The translations under genes were made by a program, and so were the position numbers. A DNA stretch of 20,772 nt from Octopus sinensis (taxonomy: Eukaryota). The stretch lies in the NCBI RefSeq assembly GCF_006345805.1, contig NW_021823947.1, positions 1 through 20,772 of the forward strand, in the 5' to 3' direction. This document shows positions 1 through 11,520 of the stretch, piece after piece (positions within the stretch are counted from its first letter, which is position 1; every line of letters starts with the position of its first letter). Below the pieces are notes generated by a model that did not search any database, was not told the DNA's origin, and saw only the letters and a program-made list of their open reading frames with translations.

Positions 1-94
1 CATATAAACTATGTGCATCTAGATATGTGTATATACACACGCACACACACACACCACTCAGGCAGTAGCACACACACACACACACACACGATAA

Positions 95-250
95 ATAGGT
101 GCTAGAGATGACTAAATCTGTTATCCAGGTGCACGTTCAAATCCCACTGGGTTACATTTTAGTTTTCATTTTACAAAGGTCGAAAACGTAATTACCAGTT
201 AAAATATTGGAGTCTCTCCAGCCTGATGTCCTCTCCCTTGACAGAAGCAT
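95..250 (+). mobile_element. Degenerate tRNA-derived SINE (family B)
   Basis: B-box-like GTTCAAATCCC at 135-145, followed by sequence colinear with the reverse complement of the copies at 7691-7897 and 18924-19131 (…ttttcatt…aggtcga…taccagtt). Confidence 0.55.
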
Positions 251-254
251 GCCG

Positions 255-622
255 CTGTGTGTATATATATATATGTTCGAGTACGTTATGTATGCATATA
301 CGTATCCATGTATTGGTGAATGTATGTATGTGTGTGTGCTCGTGTGTATTTGCATCGACATATATAGACACATTCATTTTTATATGGTTATATGGATTTG
401 TATATGTATATATATATATGTATATAAATACGTATGTATATACATATGAATGTATATATAGATCTATGTATATACATACATCTCTATATATATATACAGA
501 CATATACGCATTTATGCATACATGTTTATATATATTTATATATACATACATGTAGATATACCTATCTGTCTATCTATCTGTCTCTGTATAAAAGCTTATA
601 CACTATAATGCATACATACACA

Positions 623-661
<39 letters not shown>

Positions 662-873
662 GTATATATATATGTGTGTGTGTGTGTATGTATATAGGTG
701 TGTATGTATGTATATATATATGTATACATAGACACAGAGACATATATATGTATACACACACACACACATACACATTTAGACATATTTATATACACATACA
801 CATCCATACATATATTTATATGCATACATGTGTGTATGTGAGTGCGTATATATGTATATATATGAATATAAAT

Positions 874-907
<34 letters not shown>

Positions 908-1238
908 GCATATATACATGCATGTAAACGCGCACACACGTTGTGTCGTAGTAGATAGACATACTTAGAGACAGGAACGTGCATACACACGCATACAAGG
1001 ACACACACACGAAAACCGAAGGAAAATGACAGATGTAGATAAGAAAATAAGTATTTATCCGTATAGTTGGTGTATGTGTTCTTATATGTATATATATGCC
1101 TGTGTGCGTGCGCGCGCGTGTATGTATATATCTATATAATGCTTGTGTGTCTATGTATGTATGTATGTATGTATGTATGTATATGTGTGTAGGGGGGAAT
1201 AACCTAAACTGCATAACTTTTTATAGCTGTGCTTTTGA

Positions 1239-1284
<46 letters not shown>

Positions 1285-1300
1285 TGTAGATATATATATA
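255..1300. repeat. Compound (AT)n/(GT)n/(CA)n/(ATGT)n microsatellite field
   Basis: Direct reading; it accounts for the overlapping YI/CV/HT-rich ORFs. Confidence 0.95.
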
Positions 1301-1301
1301 T

Positions 1302-1417
1302 ATCACGTGATCACGTGACCGACCAGGCTATCAGATGTTGTTACACATCGCTGGTCACAATGCGCTTCGCATTGTTTTAGCCTTCAAATGACGCCACCCC
1401 GCTGGCTAAGCGAGCAG

Positions 1418-1420
<3 letters not shown>
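1302..1420 (-). mobile_element. Short retroposon 3'-end fragment embedded in (AT)n (probable LINE 3' UTR)
   Basis: About 60 bp (1302-1363) recurs at 2068-2128. It is flanked by (AT)n on both sides and starts with the palindrome TCACGTGATCACGTGA. Orientation is inferred from the 2068-2288 copy. Confidence 0.55.
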
Positions 1421-1457
<37 letters not shown>

Positions 1458-1849
1458 ACAACTTCCACATAGGTACATATCTAGATAGATTCTAAGATAA
1501 CTAAGATAGATCAATAATGGCTTTGTGGTAAAAAAAAAAAAAGAGAAAAGGAGGCTCGTTTCGCAAGCAAATTACTTGCAGAATTGAACTCACAGAGCTA
1601 GAGCTTCGCCAAGTGTCTTCAACTCACACTTTCGGTTGAGTTATTGCACATTTCTTGTGAGTGGAATTTAGCAGCAAGAGAGTTCGCAGACGACATGCAT
1701 ATCGTGTTTTTTTTTTTCTGTATTTTACTTTTTTACATTTATAGACCTCGTCTAAATATATTATATATATATATATATATTATATAATATATATATAAAA
1801 TACACACACAGACACACACGTATATATATATATTATTTAATTTGTTTTA

Positions 1850-1997
1850 GTGTTTTGAATGCGGCCAAACTGGGCATCGCTTACAGTTTAGTCGAACAAA
1901 TCGACCCTAGGACTTATTCTTTGTAAGCTCAGTACATATTCTATGGGTTTGTCTTTTGCCGAACTGGTAAGTTGCAGGATGTAAATACACCAGCAAC
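1850..1997 (-). mobile_element. SINE family A, 3' part only
   Basis: tttagtcgaacaaatcgaccctaggacttattctttgtaagc…ttttgccgaac aligns with 20112-20200. Confidence 0.8.
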
Positions 1998-2067
1998 GAT
2001 ATATTGTATGATGTATATATATATTATATATATATATATATATATTATATATAATATATATGCTTGT

Positions 2068-2288
2068 ATCACGGATCACGTGATCGAGCTGGGTGTCGAA
2101 TGTTGTTATACATCGCTGGTCACAATGCAATTCTGTCGCAAGTTTTCCCATTTATAGCTGAGTGGACTGAGGCGACATGAAATGAAGTGTTTTGCTCAAG
2201 AACACAACATGCAGCCAGTTTGAGAATTGAAACCGCTATTTCACAATCGTGAGTGCAACACCGGTAATTACTCGGCACGCGCCTTCAC
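2068..2288 (-). mobile_element. tRNA-derived SINE family C
   Basis: Body (gctgagtggactg…tttgctcaagaacacaac…gaattgaaacc…cgcgccttcac) aligns with 9692-9831; the tRNA-like head is at the right end. Confidence 0.75.
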
Positions 2289-2373
2289 ATGTATGTATGT
2301 ATGTATGCACGTATGTAGTATGTATGATGTATGTATGTATGTATGTATGTATGTATGTATGTATGTATATGTT

Positions 2374-2404
<31 letters not shown>

Positions 2405-2435
2405 TCACACGCACATATGCATATATATATATATT

Positions 2436-2530
2436 TGGCTGCGTGGTGAAAAGTTTCCATCCTTACCACTTGGTCTCGGGTTCGATATCACTGCGTGGAT
2501 ACCGTCAGATGACATTAGTTCCTCCAGGCC
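2436..2530 (+). mobile_element. SINE family A head, degenerate
   Basis: A-box-like TGGCTGCGTGG and B-box-like GGGTTCGATATC; colinear with the reverse complement of 3500-3570. Confidence 0.6.
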
Positions 2531-3187
2531 AAAGCTCCATTCACTTTGATGAGTGGGAAAAACGCCGCCTTGGTGTTGTTAACATACAAAACACATACAC
2601 ACACAGACATACACACATACATGTAAAATTAAAACAGTGAGTGCTTGTATGTGTGTGGTTGTGTTTATGTGTTTATGCAAACAGGTGCTGCTTTTGTATT
2701 GTACAAATTTGAGATGCAACACATTGAATTTTTAGGCATCACGCTGAAATATCTACAAAGTTCGTTATGACTGAATAAACCCTTAAATGTGAAGTCTTAA
2801 TATTGGTGCGGTGCCTTAGCTAAAACCAGTGCAGGTGTAAAAGTTAAAATGCAGGAAGACAGAGATATGGTCAGATAGACTAGAAACACACGGATACATA
2901 CATACATACATGTACACACACATTTATGTGTGTATTATGTATGACGTATATATATATATATATTATTTAAAACGGTTTTATTCGGCTCATCTGACTTAAG
3001 TTTCGCACGCCTCTCACAGAAGCACTTCTTTTTCGGGCTTTATATGGGTGTGTGTGTGTGTGTGTGTATGCTTATATGCATATGTGTGTGTGTGCCTGTA
3101 TGTATATATGTGTGCGTGTGTTTATATATGTATATCTATGTGTACGCATATATGTAAGTATGCGTGTGTGTATTTATATATAATTTT

Positions 3188-3570
3188 GTCTTTTACTTGT
3201 TTCTGTTTTTGGAGTACGGTCATGGTAGAGTACTGCATTGAATGGTTTATTTGAACAGATTGACTTTAGTTCTTACTGTTTAGTTATGGTGATATAAATA
3301 AACCAACACCGGTTGAGAAGCCATGGTACGAGCTGACAACCCCATATGCGAATACAGACACACACATGTACATATCCATCAGTTCATAAATACATATATA
3401 TGTATATATATATACATACGATGGTCTTCTTTCAGTTTCCGTCTACCAAATCCACTCACAAGGCTTTGGTCGGTCCGAGGCTATACTAGAAGACACTTGC
3501 CCAAGGTGCCACGCATGTGGAACCATGTGGTTGGTAAGCAAGCTACTTACCACACAGCCACTCCTGCGCC
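3188..3570 (-). mobile_element. Near full-length SINE family A with internal (CA)/(TA) tract
   Basis: 3428-3570 is highly similar to 20308-20451 (ttctttcagtttcc…accaaatccactcacaaggctttggtcgg…agaagacacttgccc). A-box TGGCTGTGTGG on the minus strand; the B-box is partly deleted. Confidence 0.9.
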
Positions 3571-3574
3571 TATA

Positions 3575-3845
3575 TATATATATATTATATATATATATAT
3601 TCGTGCACACACACACACTCACACACAGACACACACACAGTCACACACACACACACACACACACACACACCAAATACATGCATATAAATAAATGCAGGCA
3701 TATATCTGTGAAGTACATACATACACACATACATACATACATACATACATACATACATGCATACATGCATACATACATACATACATACATGCATACATAC
3801 ATGCATACATGCATACATGCATACATACATACATACATACATACT
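3575..3845. repeat. (AT)n, (CA)n and (ACAT/GCAT)n microsatellites
   Basis: Direct reading. Confidence 0.95.
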
Positions 3846-4159
3846 TCGAGGCTGTTTTAGAATAACCCCTTCATACATTTTTAGGAACCTCTGTAATCAC
3901 ACTAATGATCAAAAGGACGATGAAGTACAACGCTGGGGAACTTGAGGGAGCAGGTTGCTGGTACTAGCTGAAAAGGGATGATGGGTAATGTCAGTAGAAT
4001 GTGACTTTAATATAGGCCTTTGGTGGGTCTTTCCGGGATCGCTTGAAGATGAGGGCGGGTAACTTTTTAGACCTTAGTCATCCCGTTACACTTCATGGCT
4101 AAGTGTCCAAATTATGGTATCCGTAGATGCATGTAGGATATGTTTTTCACCTTTCACCT

Positions 4160-4402
4160 ATCACCTGTATCAGTCTTTGGACTGCGGCCATGCTGGAGTA
4201 CCGTCTTGACGAATTTTTGTTCGAATGAAGCGATCCGAGTACTTAAAAAAAAAATTAAGCCTGTTGTTTATGCTATCGTTCTGATTTGCCAAGCCGCTAG
4301 GTTATGGGAACGTAAACACAACAACACCGGATGTGAAGTGGTTAGAGGTACAACAACAAAGCCACAGGCGCGCGCAGACAAACACACATTCACGTTTACA
4401 TA

Positions 4403-4465
<63 letters not shown>

Positions 4466-4627
4466 CGCGCTTATTTCTGTTTCCCTCCACCAAATCAATT
4501 GGTACGGCTTTTTTCCGCCCGAGGCTATAGTAGAAGGCACTTGGCCTAGGTACCACGCAATGGGATTCAGCCCGGGTCCAAATGGTTGTGGGGGCGAGCT
4601 TCATAGGACCCAACCATGCCTGCGTCT
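4160..4627 (-). mobile_element. Older full-length SINE family A copy
   Basis: ggactgcggccatgctggag…cgtaaacaca…(CA)n…ccgaggctatagtagaaggcacttgg; same module order as 3188-3570 and 20070-20451. Confidence 0.8.
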
Positions 4628-4659
4628 ATGTATGTCGAATATGTATATATATATATAAT

Positions 4660-4879
4660 ACAGTTCTATATTTAATAGATGAGGAATTATATACATTATT
4701 TACATTATTTACATTTGACAGATATTTGTCCTCAACTTGTTTGTTGTTAACACAACGTTTCGCGTGATATACTCTCTAGCCTTCATCAGGTGTCTTGTGG
4801 AAATTTCAAACCGGGGTTCTCATTCCTAATGTATTTTTCGATGTTGTTGTTGTTGGTGTTGTTGTTGTTGATGTTGTTA

Positions 4880-4917
<38 letters not shown>

Positions 4918-4986
4918 ATATTCAGGTTACTGCCTGGAATCGAACTCGGAATCTTGGGGTTAGTAGCTCGCGTTACGCCATATGCA
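4660..4986 (-). mobile_element. tRNA-headed SINE-like element (family D): tRNA head, (AAT/AAC)n tract and hammerhead-bearing tail
   Basis: On the minus strand, B-box GAGTTCGATTCC (4947-4936), anticodon-arm-like GCTACTAACCCC and partial A-box TGGCGTA, then a trinucleotide tract (4842-4915), then a tail containing CTGATGA…GAAACGTT. Confidence 0.7.
4749..4794 (-). ncRNA. Minimal type I hammerhead ribozyme motif (Penelope-like), stem II decayed in this copy
   Basis: Minus strand reads GACAC-CUGAUGA-AGGCUAGAGAGUAUAUCACGC-GAAA-CGUU/GUGUU. Both catalytic boxes are intact, stem I GACAC:GUGUU gives 5 bp, stem III is the palindromic ACGU, and the predicted cleavage follows GUU between 4754 and 4753. 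Confidence 0.6.
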
Positions 4987-5197
4987 CTCACACACGCGCA
5001 TACACACGCACACACACATATGCACGCACACACACATATGCACGCACACACTCACACACATACAGTCACACACACACACACGCGCGCGCGCGTACATATG
5101 AATATATGTATATACACACTGATATACGTGAGATATTCGGTGAGATATTAATGAATAGATAAATAAAAGGAATGATACTTTTTAAGTTATAAGAAAT

Positions 5198-5206
5198 TAG
5201 ACAGAC

Positions 5207-5287
<81 letters not shown>

Positions 5288-5310
5288 TGTAGATAGGCAG
5301 ATAGATAGAT
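5198..5310. repeat. (GATA)n microsatellite
   Basis: Direct reading; mostly perfect GATA units with GACA variants at the left edge. Confidence 0.97.
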
Positions 5311-6104
5311 CGCCTGATCGAATGACTGAGATATTGATCGATAATGAACGAATAAGATAACAGACATATTGAAGTCAACGTTCGAACGTGCGACCGGGAT
5401 ATTCAGAGAGAAAAATGGAAGATACTCTTTTTTTTTCTTTACTGAAATATATCGTTGCGCTGTGTCTATATATTTGTATACGTGACTTTGTGTTCGTATG
5501 TGTGTACATCATGCATGTAAATCTATATGTACGCCTGCGAGATAGAGAAATAAATACGGAGAGAGAGAGAGAGAGAGAGAGAGAAGAGAGAGAAATGCGT
5601 GAGTATGTGTGTGTGTGTGTATGTGTGTGTACATTACAAGCCACCAGTTGTTTCTTCTTCATGTTCTTCAAGTGTGTGTGAGTGGGTGTGATGCGTGAGT
5701 GTTGCTGTGTGTCTGTGTGTCTGTGCCGAGGCAGCTATCGAACAGACTAATAGCAGACAGTCACACAGTGAAGCTGGCTATATTTAGAGACTGTATCAAT
5801 AGACACGTGATGTCAGTCTGTTGTCTGGCATTCAAACACAAACCTGAATAGTTCAGAGCGATCAGATCGAATGGTAAATCTATTGCAGCTTGATTGGTTT
5901 TAGTCGATGCAGCTACTCAGCTTGGTGTTGTGGCAGACGATCGGCGGTGGCCACATCGGTAAAGGTGCTAGACAACCCCAAACGTTGTCAGTTCGTATAC
6001 AATTAACACCACCCCTGCAATACTTATCAAAGCAGAGATAAGTATCACGATACTGATCTATGTATTGTCTTAAATCACAAAACTTCGAACACTGTAACTT
6101 TTTG

Positions 6105-6290
6105 GACGCAATTTGGCCGAATAGATAAATAGTTCGGTTCGCAAGATGCCGAGTTCAAACCCACTGCGCGTTGTCTTGGGCTGCTTTGTTGTTGTTTTTT
6201 TTCTCTTTTTGTTGATTTATTATTACCATAAATCTAAGCCATATTAGGTTTTGCTCAAGAAACTGTGTTGACGAAAACGGTGTGGGTGAA
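6105..6290 (+). mobile_element. Highly degenerate SINE head (family A-like)
   Basis: B-box-like GAGTTCAAACCC followed by actgcgcg…tcttggg, resembling cccactgcgtggcaacttgggc at 19574-19595. Confidence 0.4.
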
Positions 6291-7439
6291 ATATCCATAG
6301 GATGTTTTGTACTTGCTTTAGGGCAGTTTTAGCAGCATTATGACCCCCACCCCAGGCAAATCAATGCATTGGACGCAAGAGTATTATATAGTGACAGTAA
6401 GCCACAGTGTACATAGATCAGAATTGGGAACTTAGGTCTAGGAGGCTCCCGAGTAGCAAACCAGTATGTCTGTGCCATGAGCTGGCCTCAGGTAGCTGTC
6501 CCGTGTGCCTGTGACTTAAGACTAAACTGCCCTCGACACATATCACAATGTGGTCTGTTGGTTCCGCTTGACAGTTATATTAAGGGTACATATGGCTGCG
6601 AAAAGCTCATACCCTTATTCCCTAATTGAATAACCAATCAAACAGCTAATAAATTACGAAAAGAAAAAAAAATCAATCGAAACCGTTGAACTGACAACAA
6701 TGTAAGAAAATCAGAGCAGATACATTTTATGGCAATTGTTACTGCTCTTGACGTTCTGAGTTCAAATCCAGCTATGGCCTGCTTGGGAGTAGACACAATT
6801 TATCGCCGAATTTACTGCAACGATCTAGTGCTTGTAATAAGTCATTCGAGAAATCCGTCCCAAATCTTTGTACGTGATTCGAGACGGAGCTCTCGTATAC
6901 TTTATTTTCTCATTCCTGCAAATCTCGTAGGCCATGATAAAAAGGTATAGACATAGTCTTCCCTTAAAAAACCCCCAAAAAACCAGCAACTAAATATGCA
7001 CAGTTTAAACCGACGGAAATCCATCACGTATTACTATGTTTATAGCCAACGATACATTTACAACAGAGGAGCATTATTAGCAAGTAGTAGTTAGTGCTTA
7101 TGCTCCGGGTCATCCAGCAGGTCCTCTGTCCAAGGGTGTTACATCAACGACTATCCGGAGTTATTTTTTCCTGTACGTAAGTTGTTTCTTTTGAGAAAAT
7201 GCTCGAGAATGGACATGTGTTCAACTGTCATTTTAATAGACCAGGTTCCACGTAAATCACGCATCGTTTGAGAGGATTCCGTTTTCAATGGGGAGACCAA
7301 ATCCCAGAAAGCACTATTATGAAGGGTATTGCGTTGCGTAAAGCTGAACTTGGCTCTGTCTGGCCATCTGTGAGTCTGTCAGTCAATCAGTCTGTCTGTC
7401 TGTCTGGTATGCATTGTATGCAAGAGTATTTGCAGACAC

Positions 7440-7451
7440 TTGATAATAATG

Positions 7452-7490
<39 letters not shown>

Positions 7491-7597
7491 GTAATAATAA
7501 TAATAGTAATAATAATAATAATAATAATGATGATGATGATGATAATAATAATAGTAATAATAATAATAATAATAATAGTAGTAATAATAATAATAAT

Positions 7598-7690
<93 letters not shown>
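7440..7690. repeat. Compound (AAT)n(GAT)n(AAC)n(AAT)n tract, probable tail of the adjacent minus-strand SINE
   Basis: Direct reading; it abuts the SINE 3' end at 7691. Confidence 0.95.
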
Positions 7691-7897
7691 CCTTTCTACT
7701 ATAGGCACAAGGCCTCAGATTTGTGGGGAAAGGACTAGTCAGTTACATCGATCCCAGTGTTTCACTGATACTTAATCTATCGACCTCGAAAAGGTGAAAG
7801 GCAAAGGTGACCTCGGCGTGATTTGAACTGAGAACTTGAAGACGGACGATACACCGCTAAGCATTTCGCTCGACGTGCTAACGACTCAGCCAGCTTA
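7691..7897 (-). mobile_element. tRNA-derived SINE family B (tail variant 1)
   Basis: 7736-7895 aligns with 18968-19127 (tacatcga…ccagtg…atcgacc…gaaaaggtgaaaggcaaag…atttgaact…ccgctaagcatttcgc). Confidence 0.9.
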
Positions 7898-7907
7898 CAG
7901 GCTTTAA

Positions 7908-7952
<45 letters not shown>

Positions 7953-7979
7953 TAATGATGATGATAATGATGATAATAA

Positions 7980-8529
7980 ACGCCCTGATAGAGTACAAGG
8001 CAGTGGCTCTCATGGCTTCTGATCTAAACTGACTGGAAGTGTACATTGTTTTGTCTTAGTATAACAGACGGGCTACAGCAAATATTCTGCTTAATACCAC
8101 AAAAGCTTGTCAGTTGTTTGACGTTAACCAGTTGGGCATGTCTCTTAGTGGCTGACGATATGGGCATGTCTGATCGCGAGCAGAAGTAGTGCGGGGTACA
8201 TCATAGCCATGTGTTGAGTGAGATTCTTTAGGATTTGAATAATTCACCTTTGGAAACATGGGTGTTTCATTCAACATAGTTAAACGACCCTTATTCAGGG
8301 TCCTTTTGAGTGGGACGGGTTACTCAATCTGAATAAAATTCTAACTGGGCCCCACCTGCAAGGTCATTTGCTGTTTATCTTGATATGAGATCACCATGTT
8401 GCCCACATATGGTTGTGATGCATGTGCCTGGTGTACCCTTATCAGACGGATAATCATGATGGATATACTGGGCTTCGTATATTTTACCCGAGTGTCACTT
8501 TGATGGCATGCACTGCCCTCTCACTCAAT
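7980..8529. mobile_element. ~550-bp non-coding dispersed element flanked by (AAT)n
   Basis: Its right ~250 bp (8280-8529) recurs at 9948-10200. It has no long ORF and no terminal inverted repeat, and (AAT)n lies on both sides. Confidence 0.8.
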
Positions 8530-8619
8530 ATAATAATAATAATAACTAATAATAATATAATAATAATAATATAATGATAATAATATAATAATAATAATAA
8601 TAATAATATAATAATAATG

Positions 8620-8665
<46 letters not shown>

Positions 8666-8677
8666 TATAATAATAAT
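8530..8677. repeat. (AAT)n microsatellite
   Basis: Direct reading. Confidence 0.97.
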
Positions 8678-8790
8678 CTTAGGGTTTCGCAAAAATTTTA
8701 AGATATGTTCTTGAGAATTAAGGAGACTTGCCACCAAACCTCAAGATAAAATACCTACTAACTAAACTAGCATTTACTAGCGTAATAATA
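8678..8790 (+). mobile_element. Extreme 3' stub of a second R4/Dong-like LINE family
   Basis: With one frameshift it reads LG-AKILRYVLEN*, matching the L(L)GTAKILRKVL-type C-terminus of R4/Dong ORFs. A ~60-bp 3' UTR ends in TAATAATA, and the fragment starts directly out of (AAT)n. Confidence 0.45.
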
Positions 8791-9590
8791 GTCAAATGCA
8801 AGAGAAGAGATGAGCATCAAATGCAAAACAACCGGGAATTTATTATAAAGAGGAATAACTTAGTAAAACAGTAGAAACTTTCACAATGCCATGTTGTGAG
8901 CTCACGGGACGATCAGCGTTATCTAGAATATGTTAAATGGAATAATCTCTGGCATTGTCGAGATGCAAATGTTGCTGAATAATTTGCCATTGGGAAGAAT
9001 TAGGATAATAATTTTCTTTTGATTTTTGAAGCATCATCAGACAAGTAAATCATATTTAGTCCTTTGTAAATTGTATTTGTTCTGATAAGGTAATTCATCA
9101 TTACCCATTACAGGTGTAATAGATGTGTTAGGTGAGAGTGTGTATAAACAGTAACGAAAAAAAAAAATGCCTAAAACTCGAAGGAATCAAGTTCCTGATC
9201 GATTTGTTAACTTTCAGATTAACACATTAACAAATACTTAGTGAAGTTAGTGTAGCTACGAGACATGTGATAAGTCTAATATTATGCAGTCGGTCTTCTG
9301 GAATTTCTAATGCAGTCGAACGTCTGGCGGCTCTAACCACTTACTATCTTCAATTCGGTTTTTGTGTCTATATTCACCTAAGGTCATGAATGTAGGGTGA
9401 TGACCGCAAGACTACGAAAACGAATACCAATGATCCCCCTGAGGATCTCTGAAGTTATCTTATTCGGCAGGATGAGCATCTTGGAGATCAAGAAATTTGT
9501 CCAGATCATGCGATTAGAATACCGCAAGAAAGACTCGGAAGACGGACTCTAGGTCGCTTGGCGATTAAAAATAGGTTAAAGATCTCTCAC

Positions 9591-9831
9591 GAGTCATACC
9601 TACTCATAGGGCTGGTTTCTCTCTGTGTCTCTGGCGTACATTTTCCCTTCTTAGATGGGACACCGGTTCGTCGCAGGAGTACTCATTTTTGCCAACTGAG
9701 TGGACTGGAGGAGCAACGTGAAGTGAAGCCTTTTGCTCAAAAACACAACGTGTCACCTGGTCCAGGAATCGAAACCACAGTCTTATGATTATGAGTCCAA
9801 CACTCCTAATCATTAAGCCGTACGCCTCCAC
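9591..9831 (-). mobile_element. tRNA-derived SINE family C (different tail from 2068-2288)
   Basis: B-box on the minus strand (plus: ggaatcgaaacc); body aligns with 2155-2288. Confidence 0.8.
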
Positions 9832-9947
9832 CTCCTAGTGATTGGCAAGAGCCAATCTTCCGGAGACTTAGAGATAAACGAAGGACGAGATGGGTGCACG
9901 AAATCCATAGTCTCAATTGTTCATGTTGAGCCTGCAAGTCTAATGAC

Positions 9948-10200
9948 TTAAACAACCCTTATTCAGGGACCTTTTGAGCGGGATGGGATACTCGACCTGA
10001 AGAAAATTCTAACTGGCCCCACCTGCAAGGCCATACTCTGTTTAGCTTGTTATGAGGTCACCATGTCGCCCACGTATGTATGGTTGTGATGCGTGTGCCT
10101 GATGTACCCTTATCAGACAGGTAGCCATGATGGGTGCGACTGGGCTTCGTATATTTTACCCGAGTGTTACTTTTAATGGCATGCACTGCTCTCACTCGAT
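9948..10200. mobile_element. Partial second copy of the 550-bp (AAT)n-flanked element
   Basis: Colinear with 8280-8529 (cccttattcaggg…aaaattctaactgg…gtacccttatcagac…ggcatgcactg). Confidence 0.9.
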
Positions 10201-10246
10201 AAAATAATAACAATAATAAAAAAATAAAAAAATAATAATAATAATA

Positions 10247-10278
<32 letters not shown>

Positions 10279-10369
10279 TTAATAATAATAATAATAATGA
10301 TAATAAAAATAATAATAATAATAATAATAATAAAATAATAATAATAATAATAATAATGATGATGATGAT
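10201..10369. repeat. (AAT)n/(GAT)n microsatellite
   Basis: Direct reading. Confidence 0.97.
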
Positions 10370-11518
<1,149 letters not shown>

Positions 11519-11520
11519 AT

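Noticed and set aside
152-1278. Many overlapping 60-144 aa ORFs rich in Y/I/C/V/H/T
   Set aside because: They are translations of dinucleotide and tetranucleotide microsatellites that lack stop codons. The same applies to similar ORFs throughout the window.
4921-4986. Possible tRNA gene (B-box, anticodon arm)
   Set aside because: The D-arm and A-box are deleted, there is no acceptor stem, and it is fused to repeat sequence. This and the other tRNA-like heads are SINE heads.
6420-6630. Cys-containing open frame of about 70 codons (…VPCACDLRLNCPRHISQCG…)
   Set aside because: It has no recognisable domain or convincing splice-site pair, and its length is compatible with chance.
7268-7775. Poly-Asn, poly-Ile and poly-Leu ORFs up to 156 aa
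   Set aside because: They are reading frames of the (AAT/AAC)n tail of the adjacent SINE.
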